Part shown: positions 18,347 through 28,494 of the stretch, piece by piece
Numbering within the stretch: the stretch's first letter is position 1
Layout: the number at the start of each line of letters is the position of its first letter
Assembly: GCA_050944155.1 (NCBI GenBank)
Contig: JBMNQN010000002.1
Location: forward strand, 64,001-128,000
Direction of reading: 5' to 3'
Length of the DNA stretch: 64,000 nt
Origin: Candidatus Methanomethylophilaceae archaeon
GTDB taxonomy: Archaea > Thermoplasmatota > Thermoplasmata > Methanomassiliicoccales > Methanomethylophilaceae
Program-made: the position numbers and the translations under genes
The notes under the pieces: model-generated
What the model saw: the letters and a program-made list of their open reading frames with translations, nothing else
The model's database searches: none
What the model was told of the DNA's origin: nothing

Positions 18347-19611
18347 TTTCCTATCGTTTCCTGTCCGCCCATATACGGTCTGAGGACTTCCGGAATCGTT
18401 ACGGTGCCGTCTTTGTTCTGATAGTTTTCCAGAATCGCCACCATGGTTCTGGGAAGTGCCAGCCCGGAACCGTTCAGAGTGTGTATGAATTCGCTCTTCA
18501 GGTGCGGTTCGGGGCGGTATTTTATTCTGGTTCTTCTTGCCTGGAAGTCGGTGAAATTGGAACAGGAAGAGGCTTCCAGCCAGGCATCTTTGGCGGGTGC
18601 GTACAGTTCCAGATCGTAACATTTGCTGCACGAGAAACTCATGTCACCCGTGCAGAGAAGAAGGACCCTATAGGGAAGACCCAGACCTTTTATCAGTTCT
18701 TCCGCCTGTCCTCTGAGAGTCTCCAGAACCTCGTAGGAATTTTCCGGAAGAACGAAATTGACCATCTCGACTTTGTTGAATTCGTGGACCCTGATGATTC
18801 CTCTGGTGTCCGCGTGTTTTCCCACTTCGCGTCTGAAAGACGGAAGGTACGCCGTGTAGAATATGGGAAGATCTTCTTTGGCGAGTATCTCGTCGGCGAG
18901 CATATTCGTAAGAGGGACTTCCGCGGTGGGGTTCAGGAACAGGTCGTCCTTTTCCATGTAGTACATGTCGTCCTTCAGATTCGGATACTGCCCCGTTCCG
19001 GTTACGGCGGCTTTGTTGACGACCACGGGAGGGAACACTTCGGTGTATCCCTGTTTCATATGGGTATCCAGGAAATAATTTATGAGCGCCCTTTCGAGCC
19101 TGGCGCCGTCCCCCTTGAGACAGTAGAAACCGCTTCCCGCGACTTTTACGCCTCTGTCGAAATCGATGATGTCGAGCTCTTCTCCCAAGACCCAGTGTTC
19201 TTTGGGTACGAAATCGAATTTTCTTTTCTCCCCGCTTTCGTAGACCACGACGTTTTCGGTGCTGTCCTTTCCTATCGGAACGCTTTCGTGGGGAATGTTC
19301 GGAATGTTGAGGACGCAGTCCGTGCGTATCTCTTCCAGTTCGGCCATTCTTGCGTCGTTGGCTTTTATTCTGTCCCCGACCTTTCTCATGGACTGTATCT
19401 TTGCGTCCTTTTCCGGTCCTTTGGGGAGTTTGGAAATTTCCGACGAAACCGTGTTGCGTTCCTTTCTCAGATTGTTGTTTTCGTCGGTCAGAAGCCGCCA
19501 TTCGGAATCGGCTTTCAGGAATCTGTCCAGTATCTCCGTGTCTTTGTTTCTGTTGATAAGCATGGTCCTGATCTTTTCGGGGTCGGACCTAATGACGTTC
19601 ACATCAAGCAT
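18343..19611 (-). CDS. serS: Seryl-tRNA synthetase (bacterial/standard type)
   Basis: PTAEVP, FRREVG...RGIIRVHEFNKVEM, SSCSNFTDFQARR, HTLNGSGLA. Confidence 0.97.
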   Translation of the reverse strand: MLDVNVIRSDPEKIRTMLINRNKDTEILDRFLKADSEWRLLTDENNNLRKERNTVSSEISKLPKGPEKDAKIQSMRKVGDRIKANDARMAELEEIRTDCVLNIPNIPHESVPIGKDSTENVVVYESGEKRKFDFVPKEHWVLGEELDIIDFDRGVKVAGSGFYCLKGDGARLERALINYFLDTHMKQGYTEVFPPVVVNKAAVTGTGQYPNLKDDMYYMEKDDLFLNPTAEVPLTNMLADEILAKEDLPIFYTAYLPSFRREVGKHADTRGIIRVHEFNKVEMVNFVLPENSYEVLETLRGQAEELIKGLGLPYRVLLLCTGDMSFSCSKCYDLELYAPAKDAWLEASSCSNFTDFQARRTRIKYRPEPHLKSEFIHTLNGSGLALPRTMVAILENYQNKDGTVTIPEVLRPYMGGQETIGN

Positions 19612-19620
19612 TCTATCATC

Positions 19621-19914
19621 TCAGAATTTCTTTTGGCAGAGGGAGTTCCAGGTTCTTCTGTCCGTTAATACCACCACTCCGCCGCGCACGTCTACGACAA
19701 CCGAATCGGTTTTTTCGGAAAGTTCTTCGGAAATTTCGTCTGCGCTGCGCCCGGCGCCCGGGAGGATTTTGACTTTGATGAGCCTGTTTTTCTTGAGCTG
19801 AGCGGTGATTTCGCCGTAAACGCCCTCGTCGGTTCCGTCTTTTCCGACGTGAACCGTCGGGCTGAGATTATTGGCGCGTCTCATCAGTTCTTTTCTGGCT
19901 TCTTTCTCGGTCAT
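19621..19914 (-). CDS. YhbY/CRM RNA-binding protein
   Basis: VHVGKDG...LIKVK...RGG CRM motif. Confidence 0.88.
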   Translation of the reverse strand: MTEKEARKELMRRANNLSPTVHVGKDGTDEGVYGEITAQLKKNRLIKVKILPGAGRSADEISEELSEKTDSVVVDVRGGVVVLTDRRTWNSLCQKKF

Positions 19915-20230
19915 CTTTCTGTTCCCTCAGATACGGAAATCGTTTTAATGTGCCGCATTCGGAGCAGGTTACGGTGATTTTGCCCTGGTTCAGTCTCACC
20001 CTGCAGCTTATTTCCGGAATCAGCGGTACGAGGCATTCCTCGCAGTATCGGAATTCTTTCGGAATTCCCGTGCGGGTTTTCATGCCTATGCGTCTTGCCA
20101 ATTCCACATATCGTTTTGCCCGGTCGGTATTTCCCTCCCTCGCGGCTTCTTCGGCAAGACCCGTAAGCACGGATATGCGCCGTCTTCCTATTTCGGAAGC
20201 CTGCTTGGAAGTGATCGATCTCCTGGACAC
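19868..20230 (-). CDS. rnp4: RNase P protein subunit Rpp21
   Basis: AKRYVELARRI, CEEC...CSEC Zn ribbon, KRFPY. Confidence 0.92.
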   Translation of the reverse strand: MSRRSITSKQASEIGRRRISVLTGLAEEAAREGNTDRAKRYVELARRIGMKTRTGIPKEFRYCEECLVPLIPEISCRVRLNQGKITVTCSECGTLKRFPYLREQKDDRERSQKRTDETRQ

Positions 20231-20276
20231 ATTCCGTCACATTGCGTGCGTAATATAAATATTGGGGAGGAACGGC

Positions 20277-21248
20277 TCAGAAGGGAACTAGGGACAGAAG
20301 GTAATCTCTTATTTCCTCCTCTTCCCCGCTGAGATTCTCTTTTCCGTCCGCGGCGTAGGTTTCCCACAGGAACATGAAGTAGTCGTGGAAAGCCGATACC
20401 GCATCGTTCCATCCGGGCCTGGATACGGAAATTCCCATTATTTCGTTGGACAGAGTCCATTTTCTGGAAGTGCGGTCGAAAGATACGTCGGCAGATACGG
20501 GATTTAGAAGTGCCAGATCCTTTTCCGGACAGACGATTCTTTTGAATACGATCCCGGGGAACGCGTTCGTTCCGCATATGTCGCGGATTTCCGCTATGTT
20601 GCCGTCTTCCCCCAGACGTGCCATTCCGGAAACCAGAAGAGCCCCCTCGGAAACCAATGCGTCCGCATCCGCCGCAGTGAAACTTTTACCGGCGACTATT
20701 TTCGAACGGTACGAACCGGTGTCCAGGAAATATTCTTTCTTTCCGTCTCCTTTCACGACGGCTCCGGCAAGGGCGCATGCGAACATGCGGGTGTCGGCTT
20801 CCGCGCTCTCCGCGAAACGTTCGGAACGGGCGTTGTACAGCCTTTTCATCCTTCTTCCCGTACCGTAGGAGAGTTCCGATCCTTTCAGCCCGTCGCACAG
20901 TTTCATAAGGTCTTTGGCTATCGCCGTCCTGTATCTCGGATCGGTGTAAGTTTCGGAAAGCCAGCGGTTCGCTATTTCGGTTCCCGCAACATCGAGGGTT
21001 TTCTCCATGGTGCTCAGGGCGACCCGTATCAGAGAATTTTCGTAATCGTCCCTAACGGGTTCGCCGTCGAGTCTGAATTTGTTTTCGAAACCTTCGGGGA
21101 CGGCGCCCTGAAATCCCATCTCCGCCGTGAGAATAAACATCCCGATATCCGTGAGAAGCGATTGTACGCTGTTTATTATCGCTTCTTTCCGTTCTTCGGA
21201 CAGTTCTTCCCCTTCCGCGGGAGTTATTTCGAATCTCAAGGTTTCCAT
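20277..21248 (-). CDS. Hypothetical protein
   Basis: 323-aa ORF with protein-like composition and no recognised catalytic motif. Confidence 0.8.
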   Translation of the reverse strand: METLRFEITPAEGEELSEERKEAIINSVQSLLTDIGMFILTAEMGFQGAVPEGFENKFRLDGEPVRDDYENSLIRVALSTMEKTLDVAGTEIANRWLSETYTDPRYRTAIAKDLMKLCDGLKGSELSYGTGRRMKRLYNARSERFAESAEADTRMFACALAGAVVKGDGKKEYFLDTGSYRSKIVAGKSFTAADADALVSEGALLVSGMARLGEDGNIAEIRDICGTNAFPGIVFKRIVCPEKDLALLNPVSADVSFDRTSRKWTLSNEIMGISVSRPGWNDAVSAFHDYFMFLWETYAADGKENLSGEEEEIRDYLLSLVPF

Positions 21249-21450
21249 CGGACGGAGAGGTATAGAGTCCGCTCCTTTTTAATCTGTTACATTTGGCAGC
21301 GTCCTGCACGAGGGATTCGGGCAGGTTTTATATGTGGGACCATTATCTTCCCGGTAAGGCGCGCGTACCTTTGCTTTCCCGAAAATGGGAGAGCAGGTAT
21401 TATATACAAAATGGGGAATGTGTGCCCGTCACGATTCATAAGGTGTTATA

Positions 21451-21966
21451 ATGGTAAGAAAACCCGCATCGATGTACAGAGAAATCAAAGGACAGGCGTA
21501 CACCCGCCGCGAATACATGGGAGGGGTACCCGCCAGCAGGTTGAACCAGTTCGAAATGGGCGACCTCAGGGGAGAGTTCCCCGTTATCATGTCCCTTAGA
21601 GTCGAGAACAGGGTTCAGATCAGACACACTGCTCTCGAGGCCGGACGTATCGCAGCTAACAGAGTTCTTTCCAAAATCGGAACCACGAACTATCACATGA
21701 CCGTAAGGGTATTCCCCCATATGGTTCTCAGAGAAAACAAACTTGCGACCGGAGCCGGTGCCGACCGTGTTTCCAGCGGAATGCGCAACGGATTCGGCAA
21801 AAACGTCGGAACCGCCGCAAGACTGGAGCGCGGACAGGCCGTATACACCGTCCGTTGCACCCCGGCTGCGTTCAATTCGGCAAAGACCGCCCTCTGGAAG
21901 GCATCCATGAAAATGCCCTCCCCCTGCTACATAGAAGTGGAAGAGGGTCAGGAATACGCCAACTGA
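21451..21966 (+). CDS. rpl10e: 50S ribosomal protein uL16 (L10e)
   Basis: YTRREYMGGVP, LRENKLATGAGADRVSSGMR. Confidence 0.97.
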   Translation: MVRKPASMYREIKGQAYTRREYMGGVPASRLNQFEMGDLRGEFPVIMSLRVENRVQIRHTALEAGRIAANRVLSKIGTTNYHMTVRVFPHMVLRENKLATGAGADRVSSGMRNGFGKNVGTAARLERGQAVYTVRCTPAAFNSAKTALWKASMKMPSPCYIEVEEGQEYAN

Positions 21967-22946
21967 TGTTCGATTTAGAACCGGAACGCGTAACCGCATG
22001 GATTAAGTCCAACGGATATTCCAAAGTAGCCGTACAGTTGCCAGAAGGTCTCAAAGTCAGGTCTTCTGAGATTTCGGACACGTTGCGTTCCGCGGGAGCA
22101 ATCCCGATTCTGATAGGGAGGCCCTGTTACGGAGCCTGCGATTATTACGACGGGTACGGAGAGTTCGCGGACGCTCTGATCCACTACGGCCATTCGGCCA
22201 TACCTTCCATGGGCGAAGACCCGAATGTTTTATTCGTGGAAGCCCGCGCCGAAGTCGGAGCGGACGCTCTGAGGAATCACCTGGACGGGTTGCCCTCCAA
22301 GATAGGCGTTCTGGCTTCGGTACAGTATATCGGACTGATCGATGCCGTTACGGAGATTCTGGAGGAATCCGAAAGAACCGCATTCGTTTCTCCAGGAGAT
22401 TCCAGGATAAAGTATCCCGGGCAGGTTCTCGGGTGCAACTGCAGTGCCGCAGAAAACATAAGAGACTGTGTGGACGCGTTTCTGTTTTTGGGAGAAGGGG
22501 ATTTTCATCCTCTGGCCGCCGCGTTCGGCACGGATATTCCCCTTTTTGTTTACAACCCGGTAACCGGAAGCATGAGAAGCGTCGAAAACACCAGAGAAAG
22601 AATTCTCAGGAAACGTTTCGCTTCGATAACAATCGCATCGGAGGCAGAGAGTTTCACGGTAATCGTGTGCAGTAAAAAAGGCCAGAAACGCATAGCCGAA
22701 GCCGAACGCATATCCGCCCTTTTGGAAAAAGCCGGAAAGAAAGTTTACACCGTGGTTCTGGAAGAAATAACTCCGGAAGCCCTGTCCCATTACCGTACGG
22801 ACGCATTCGTGAACACGGCGTGCCCCCGCATTTCCATGGACGAATCCTCGAGATTCGTGAAGCCGATACTGACGGTCACGGAAGCGGAAATCGTTGCCGG
22901 AATACGAAAATGGGAAGATTACGAATTCGATTCCATAAGGAACTGA
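21966..22946 (+). CDS. dph2: Diphthamide biosynthesis enzyme Dph2
   Basis: QLPEGL, CYGACD, GQVLGC, NTACPRI; start ATG 21966 overlaps the rpl10e stop. Confidence 0.93.
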   Translation: MFDLEPERVTAWIKSNGYSKVAVQLPEGLKVRSSEISDTLRSAGAIPILIGRPCYGACDYYDGYGEFADALIHYGHSAIPSMGEDPNVLFVEARAEVGADALRNHLDGLPSKIGVLASVQYIGLIDAVTEILEESERTAFVSPGDSRIKYPGQVLGCNCSAAENIRDCVDAFLFLGEGDFHPLAAAFGTDIPLFVYNPVTGSMRSVENTRERILRKRFASITIASEAESFTVIVCSKKGQKRIAEAERISALLEKAGKKVYTVVLEEITPEALSHYRTDAFVNTACPRISMDESSRFVKPILTVTEAEIVAGIRKWEDYEFDSIRN

Positions 22947-22995
22947 CTCTCTTTCCGCTTAACTTTTTAACGACGATTCGCAATCAGTGGTCCGT

Positions 22996-23739
22996 ATGGT
23001 AACGTCCGAGGAATTTCTTTCCGGGCATCTGCCCGACGCAAACATAGGGATCGGCCGCGGTTCAGACAACGGCACGGTCGAAAAAAGCGTAGAATATTTC
23101 GGCCGCGACAATATCGCAATATACGACAATCCGGAAAAACTGGTATCCGATTTGATTTCCGGCAGAATAGATGCGGCGGTCAGAGGAGACATGTCCTCTT
23201 CGGTTCTCCTGCCCATAATAAAAAAGACAACGGGCCTGAAAGTTCTGGAAAGAGTCGTTCTCATGGAACCGCCGGGAGGCAAACTTTTCCTTATGGCTCC
23301 GGTGGGGATAGACGAGGGATGGACTGTAGCCCAGAGGGAGGCTCTTGCGGTACGGGCCGTCGCCCTTGCCGAAAGGATAGGTCTCGGAAAAAAGATAGCA
23401 GTGATGTCCGGCGGCAGATGCGAAGATTACGGAAGGTGCAAAACGGTAAACAAAAGCATAGACGACGCTCTCCTTCTGGTGAAAAAACTGAAGGATAAGG
23501 GATACGACGCGTACCACTCCCAGATTCTTATCGAAAATGCCGTAAGGGAGGCGGACATACTGATAGCGCCCGAAGGAATTTCCGGCAACCTGCTTTTCAG
23601 GTCCATGCATCTGGTGGGCAACACCGCGGCGCTGGGTGCCCCCATCGTGAACATGGACAAGGTGTTCGTAGATACATCGAGAGCGAAGAAAGATTACTGC
23701 GATTCCATAGCGCTGGCACTCAGACTCACGGAGAAATGA
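22996..23739 (+). CDS. mtxX: MtxX / methanogenesis marker protein 4
   Basis: IDAAVRG, APVGIDEG, SGGR.ED.GR, GNLLFR, FVDTSR. Confidence 0.85.
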   Translation: MVTSEEFLSGHLPDANIGIGRGSDNGTVEKSVEYFGRDNIAIYDNPEKLVSDLISGRIDAAVRGDMSSSVLLPIIKKTTGLKVLERVVLMEPPGGKLFLMAPVGIDEGWTVAQREALAVRAVALAERIGLGKKIAVMSGGRCEDYGRCKTVNKSIDDALLLVKKLKDKGYDAYHSQILIENAVREADILIAPEGISGNLLFRSMHLVGNTAALGAPIVNMDKVFVDTSRAKKDYCDSIALALRLTEK

Positions 23740-24218
23740 TTATGATATTGGAAATTGACGGAGGGTATTCGGGAATAAGATTCTCGGCGTGCCACTTCAT
23801 ACCCAGACACGAAAAATGTTCCAGGCTTCACGGACACTCGTACATAATACGCCTGAGACTGGAAGGAGACGCGGGAGAAGACGGAATGCTCATGGATTTC
23901 GTGGTTCTCAAAAAGGAACTGAGGGCATTGGCATCCATGTTCGACCACAGAACGATTCTTCCGTCCCGGTCTTCGGACGTGGGCCTGAACATCGACGGAG
24001 ATTCCGTGGAAGCCACGGCCTGCGGAAAGCGCTACGTGTTCCCTCTGGAAGACACGATAATACTGGAACTTCCCAACACGACGGCGGAGGAAATGGCGAA
24101 ACTCATGGTTTCCATCTTCCTCAAAGACGTGAAATTACCGGAGAACGTACGTTCGATATCGATAGGCCTCGACGAAGAAAGAGGTCAGACGGCGTGGTAC
24201 ACCGAGGTGCTGAGATGA
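23736..24218 (+). CDS. queD: 6-carboxy-5,6,7,8-tetrahydropterin synthase
   Basis: FSACH, CSRLHGHSY, DF...DH, TTAE. Confidence 0.9.
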   Translation: MIMILEIDGGYSGIRFSACHFIPRHEKCSRLHGHSYIIRLRLEGDAGEDGMLMDFVVLKKELRALASMFDHRTILPSRSSDVGLNIDGDSVEATACGKRYVFPLEDTIILELPNTTAEEMAKLMVSIFLKDVKLPENVRSISIGLDEERGQTAWYTEVLR

Positions 24219-24892
24219 CCAAGGCGGTTGTCCTTCTGTCCGGAGGTCTGGATTCGACCGTTACGCTGGCACAGGCAATCGACGACGGAAACGAAGTCTA
24301 TGCCCTGAGTTTCCGTTACGGTCAGAGACACGGAAGGGAACTTATGGCCGCCGCAGACGTATGCAGGCATTACGGAGTCCCACATACGATTATCGATATC
24401 AATCTCTCTTCTTTCAGATCGGCTCTCACTAATCCGGACATAGACGTGCCGGAAAACAGACCCGAAATCTCCGAAAAAGAAATTCCCATAACATATGTTC
24501 CGGCAAGAAACACAATCTTCCTGAGCGTGGCGGCGGGTCTGTGCGAATCCATCGGCGCGGATCTGATTTACATAGGAGCGAACATCATCGATTATTCCGG
24601 ATATCCCGACTGCCGCCCGGACTTTTTCTCCGCTTTCGAAGAGATGCTCCGCAGAGGAACCAAAGCGGGCGTCGAAGGCAACCCCATCAGAATAATGACT
24701 CCGATTCTGAAGAAGTCCAAAGCGGACATAGTCCGTCTCGGCAAGAAACTCAACGCACCGCTGGCACTTACGTGGTCGTGCTACGAAGGCAAAGAGAAAG
24801 CCTGCGGAAAATGCGACTCCTGCATACTCAGACTCAGGGGATTCCGCGAAGCGGGATACAAAGACGAAATCGAATACGAGATACCGATATGA
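24215..24892 (+). CDS. queC: 7-cyano-7-deazaguanine synthase
   Basis: SGGLDS, VPARN, YPDCR, TWSCY...CGKCDSC. Confidence 0.96.
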   Translation: MTKAVVLLSGGLDSTVTLAQAIDDGNEVYALSFRYGQRHGRELMAAADVCRHYGVPHTIIDINLSSFRSALTNPDIDVPENRPEISEKEIPITYVPARNTIFLSVAAGLCESIGADLIYIGANIIDYSGYPDCRPDFFSAFEEMLRRGTKAGVEGNPIRIMTPILKKSKADIVRLGKKLNAPLALTWSCYEGKEKACGKCDSCILRLRGFREAGYKDEIEYEIPI

Positions 24893-25512
24893 AGATATGC
24901 GAAACGTTCCTGTCGCTCCAGGGCGAAGGACTTACCATGGGTGTTCCCACATTTTTCATCAGGACAGTCGGGTGCAATCTGAATTGTTCCTGGTGTGATA
25001 CCAAGTATGCGTTCGACGGCGGAAAAGAGATCGGAATCGACGAACTGATCGACTCGGTTCCCTGGGCCCCGTGCGTTTGCGTAACCGGGGGAGAACCCAT
25101 GCTCCAGCCGGACATTTACGAATTGCTGGGTCTTTTGATTTCCATGGGAAAAACGACGGTATTGGAGACCAACGGTTCCGTGGATCTGTCGGAACTTCCC
25201 GACAGTCCGAATCTCATGATAAGCATGGACATCAAATGCCCCTCGTCCGGAATGGAAGACAGGATGATGTTTTCCAACATATCCCTGCTGGGAAAAAAAG
25301 ACCAGCTCAAATTCGTCGTCGGAGACATCGGCGACGTGGATTACGCCGAAAAGATAATCGAAAAATACGGCGCGGACACGAACATTATTTTCTCGCCGGT
25401 GGGCGGTATGGATCTCGAACCTTTGGCGGAAGAGGTTCTGAAGAGAAAACTGAACGTGCGCGTTCTGCCGCAGCTGCACAAAATAATATGGGGCGACAGA
25501 CGGTCAGTCTGA
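24889..25512 (+). CDS. queE: 7-carboxy-7-deazaguanine synthase (radical SAM)
   Basis: SLQGEG, GCNLNCSWCDT, TGGEP, ETNG, QLHK. Confidence 0.95.
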   Translation: MKICETFLSLQGEGLTMGVPTFFIRTVGCNLNCSWCDTKYAFDGGKEIGIDELIDSVPWAPCVCVTGGEPMLQPDIYELLGLLISMGKTTVLETNGSVDLSELPDSPNLMISMDIKCPSSGMEDRMMFSNISLLGKKDQLKFVVGDIGDVDYAEKIIEKYGADTNIIFSPVGGMDLEPLAEEVLKRKLNVRVLPQLHKIIWGDRRSV

Positions 25513-25860
25513 ATTACCCAGCGCTTCGAATTTCTTTCTGCGTTCGTACCGTCTTTTGAAATCCGTGACGCTTTCTTCCACGGTACCCTCTTCGTCCGAA
25601 GAAACGGTTATTCCAGCATTCGTCAGTTTATCGTATCCGTGGGGGCCGATTCCGCCCGTTATCACGGCGTCGACGCCGAGACCGATGATGGAATCGGCAA
25701 CCAGCATTCCGGCTCCGGACGCTGCGTTCACGTGTTCGTTTTCGACAACAGTGTAGTCCAGAGTATCCATGTCCACGATGAGGAAAAACGGCGCGTGCCC
25801 GAAATCATCCGCAACGAAAGAATCCAGGGTGTCGCCCTCGGCCAGAACTCCGATTTTCAT
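25504..25860 (-). CDS. NifB/NifX-family (FeMo-cofactor-binding-like) protein
   Basis: DFGHAPFF...EN...G.G...GIG pattern in a 118-aa protein. Confidence 0.85.
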   Translation of the reverse strand: MKIGVLAEGDTLDSFVADDFGHAPFFLIVDMDTLDYTVVENEHVNAASGAGMLVADSIIGLGVDAVITGGIGPHGYDKLTNAGITVSSDEEGTVEESVTDFKRRYERRKKFEALGNSD

Positions 25861-26687
25861 TCCGCTTCGACCGTCGCCACTATTTTCTTTATAATCGACA
25901 TGAACGCTTTGGCGGAAGCGGATTCGGGGTTGCTCAGAACCGTCGGCATTCCTCCGTCGCCGTCGGTGACTACGGCGGCTTCGATGGGAACTTTTCCGAG
26001 GAACTGGATATCGAATTCTTTGGCAACATTTTCTCCTCCGCCGGATTTGAAAATGTCCGTGACTTCGCCGCAGTGAGGGCAGACGAATCCGCTCATGTTC
26101 TCGATGATTCCGATGATCGGAATTTTGGCTTCCGCAGCGAACGTGATGCTCTTGCGGCTGTCGAGCAGCGCAACGTCCTGTGGCGTCGTGACTATGACGG
26201 CGCCGTCGGGCTTGGGAATGAGATTCATAACGGACAGGGCTTCGTCGCCGGTTCCCGGAGGCATGTCGATCACGAGATAATCCAGATCTCCCCAGTTGAC
26301 GTCCTCTATGAACTGTTTTATCGCCGTGTTTTTGACGGGGCCCCTCCAGAGTATCGGGGTGTCCTTCGTGGGCAGAAGGAACGCCATGGACATGATTTTC
26401 AGGGACGGGGGGAAAAGAATCGGAACGAGCTTTCTTTCGTCGTCGACGAGAAGCTGTTCGTCCTCCACTCCGAACATTTTCGGAATGTTGGGCCCGGTTA
26501 TGTCCACGTCCATTATTCCGGTCTGATATCCCATGGAAGAGAGCGCGGCGCCGAGGTTGGACGAAACCGTGCTCTTTCCCACTCCGCCTTTTCCGCTGAG
26601 GACTATAATCGTGTGTTTTATCCTGCCGAGGCTTTCCTTGAGTCTGGTTTCTTCTTCTATTTTATCGGCGCTTATTACTTCTGCCAT
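25857..26687 (-). CDS. Mrp/NBP35 (ApbC) Fe-S carrier ATPase
   Basis: SGKGGVGKS, WRGP, DMPPGTGDE, ENMS...CPHC. Confidence 0.95.
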   Translation of the reverse strand: MAEVISADKIEEETRLKESLGRIKHTIIVLSGKGGVGKSTVSSNLGAALSSMGYQTGIMDVDITGPNIPKMFGVEDEQLLVDDERKLVPILFPPSLKIMSMAFLLPTKDTPILWRGPVKNTAIKQFIEDVNWGDLDYLVIDMPPGTGDEALSVMNLIPKPDGAVIVTTPQDVALLDSRKSITFAAEAKIPIIGIIENMSGFVCPHCGEVTDIFKSGGGENVAKEFDIQFLGKVPIEAAVVTDGDGGMPTVLSNPESASAKAFMSIIKKIVATVEAE

Positions 26688-26868
26688 GATTATCGGTCCC
26701 GAAACTTGGTGTTAAGATAAAAAGTGTGTGCTTTGCAGACGGGCGATTCGGCAGCTGTATCTATTCGTATCGAAAAGGAAATGTCCGTTCCGTCGCGTAT
26801 CTACGAAGTGCGCCTCCTCGCCGGAGCGTTCAGAAATTGCTATATCCCCGTCCGCCCATAGCGCCGTC

Positions 26869-27273
26869 ATGCCGCTCGGAGATCCCGGAGGAGGAAATTT
26901 CGAATACACCGAGGAAGGACTTCCTCAGAACATAATCGCGGTGAGGATACCCACCTCCGATCTTGACGAGAGTACAGCGTTTTACACCGAACTTCTGGGC
27001 ATGGAAGCCGTGGGCAGAAAAGAGTCCTATGCGGTACTCAGAAGGGAAGATGCGGTGATTCTTCTTTACCTTTCGCCCAACACAGGAGTGGACACGGGAT
27101 TCTACATGGGGGTGGACGACCCTTACGCTCTTCACAGACGTCTTATCGACGAGGGAGTTATTTTCATGACGGACCCCGAAATGGGACCCATCGGAGTTTA
27201 CACCTCGTTCAGGGACACCGACGGAAACATAATCCGCGTTGTCGACAAGTATGCTGTGGATTCGTTTTCCTGA
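26869..27273 (+). CDS. VOC/glyoxalase-family protein
   Basis: DLDES..FY..LLG and FRDTDGN motifs. Confidence 0.82.
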   Translation: MPLGDPGGGNFEYTEEGLPQNIIAVRIPTSDLDESTAFYTELLGMEAVGRKESYAVLRREDAVILLYLSPNTGVDTGFYMGVDDPYALHRRLIDEGVIFMTDPEMGPIGVYTSFRDTDGNIIRVVDKYAVDSFS

Positions 27274-28494
27274 TCAGTCTCCGAGATTTGCCAGTTCCGT
27301 GGCTTCCCTGATTCTCTTTTCCAGCTGGGGCGGAAGTCCCGCGATGCCTCCGGAAAGGAATCCTCTGACAATCATGCTCACCGCCTGTTCTTCCGACAGA
27401 CCTCTCGACATAAGGTACTCGATCTGTTCTCTGGCTATTTTGCCGACGGCGGCTTCGTGGGTCATTTCCAGATCCGCTTCGTTGGCTTCCAGTTCGGGGA
27501 TGGCGATGGTGCTTCCGCCTTCTTTGAGGATTATGCTCTTGCATTCCAGGTGGGCTTTGACGCCGGGGGCGTTTCCGACCAGACGTCCGCGGGCGGTCAT
27601 TTTTCCTCCAACGGCTATGCTTCTGCTGATGATTTCGGCGGAAGTTCCCCTGCTGTTCATGATGGCAACCGAACCGTTGTCTATGTCGGAGCCTTCGTGC
27701 GCTATGCACATGGAATTGAATTTGGCGGTCGAGCCCTCTCCGTTAAGATTTACGATGGGGTTGGACTGCAACGTTCCCACCTTCTCGAGAATGACGTAGT
27801 TGTTGGAATAATGGGAATTCTTGCCGACGACTATTCCGGTTCTGGGTCTTACCGCGGTTTCCTCTCCCCAGTTGTGAATCATGGAGAAATCCATCGATGC
27901 GTTGTCTCCGAGGAAAGATTCCGTGACGCCTATGTGTACGGCTTCGTCCGCACCGGGTCCGGTGGCACATCCCGTAATGAAGTTCGCGGACGCGCCGTCT
28001 TCGACCACTACTATGTTGTGCACGTGCTGAATCGATTTGTCGGATTTCAGGAGCATGCACGCCTGAATAGGAGCTTCGATTTTGTATCCGGCTTTGACTC
28101 TTATGAAGTAGCCGTCAGATTTTTCCAGGTACGTCAGTGCCGTGAATTTATCTTTTTCCGGAGCAACCGCCGTCCACATAAGGTCCTTGACCCAGTCGTA
28201 TTTTTTGACCGCCTGTTTGGTCGTCAGTATCTCGACTCCGTCGGGCAGTTTGTTGGAGCAGTGGCTCATACTGTTGTCTATGAACATGACGGTTCCGGAA
28301 CGGAGCGACTCGTCCGGCGAAATTCCAACGCTGGTCATGGTTTCTTTGAACTCGTTCTGGGAACCTTCCAAATCGTCTATGACGGGTGAATCTCTGCATA
28401 CGGGATTGTATTTTTCCAAATCCACGTCTCTGCCGTATGCGGCTTTTTTGTCCAGAGCCTCTCTTACAGCTTTGTCACTATTACGTTCTGACAT
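27274..28494 (-). CDS. sufB: SufB/SufD-family Fe-S scaffold (SmsB)
   Basis: beta-helix SufBD motifs GCAT, H.W, HLECKS, THEAAVGKI...YLMSRG. Confidence 0.92.
   Translation of the reverse strand: MSERNSDKAVREALDKKAAYGRDVDLEKYNPVCRDSPVIDDLEGSQNEFKETMTSVGISPDESLRSGTVMFIDNSMSHCSNKLPDGVEILTTKQAVKKYDWVKDLMWTAVAPEKDKFTALTYLEKSDGYFIRVKAGYKIEAPIQACMLLKSDKSIQHVHNIVVVEDGASANFITGCATGPGADEAVHIGVTESFLGDNASMDFSMIHNWGEETAVRPRTGIVVGKNSHYSNNYVILEKVGTLQSNPIVNLNGEGSTAKFNSMCIAHEGSDIDNGSVAIMNSRGTSAEIISRSIAVGGKMTARGRLVGNAPGVKAHLECKSIILKEGGSTIAIPELEANEADLEMTHEAAVGKIAREQIEYLMSRGLSEEQAVSMIVRGFLSGGIAGLPPQLEKRIREATELANLGD

Noticed and set aside
23736-25512. queDCE as part of a Dpd 7-deazaguanine DNA-modification defence island
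   Set aside because: No dpdA/TGT-like gene or island context; best explained as preQ0 supply for archaeosine
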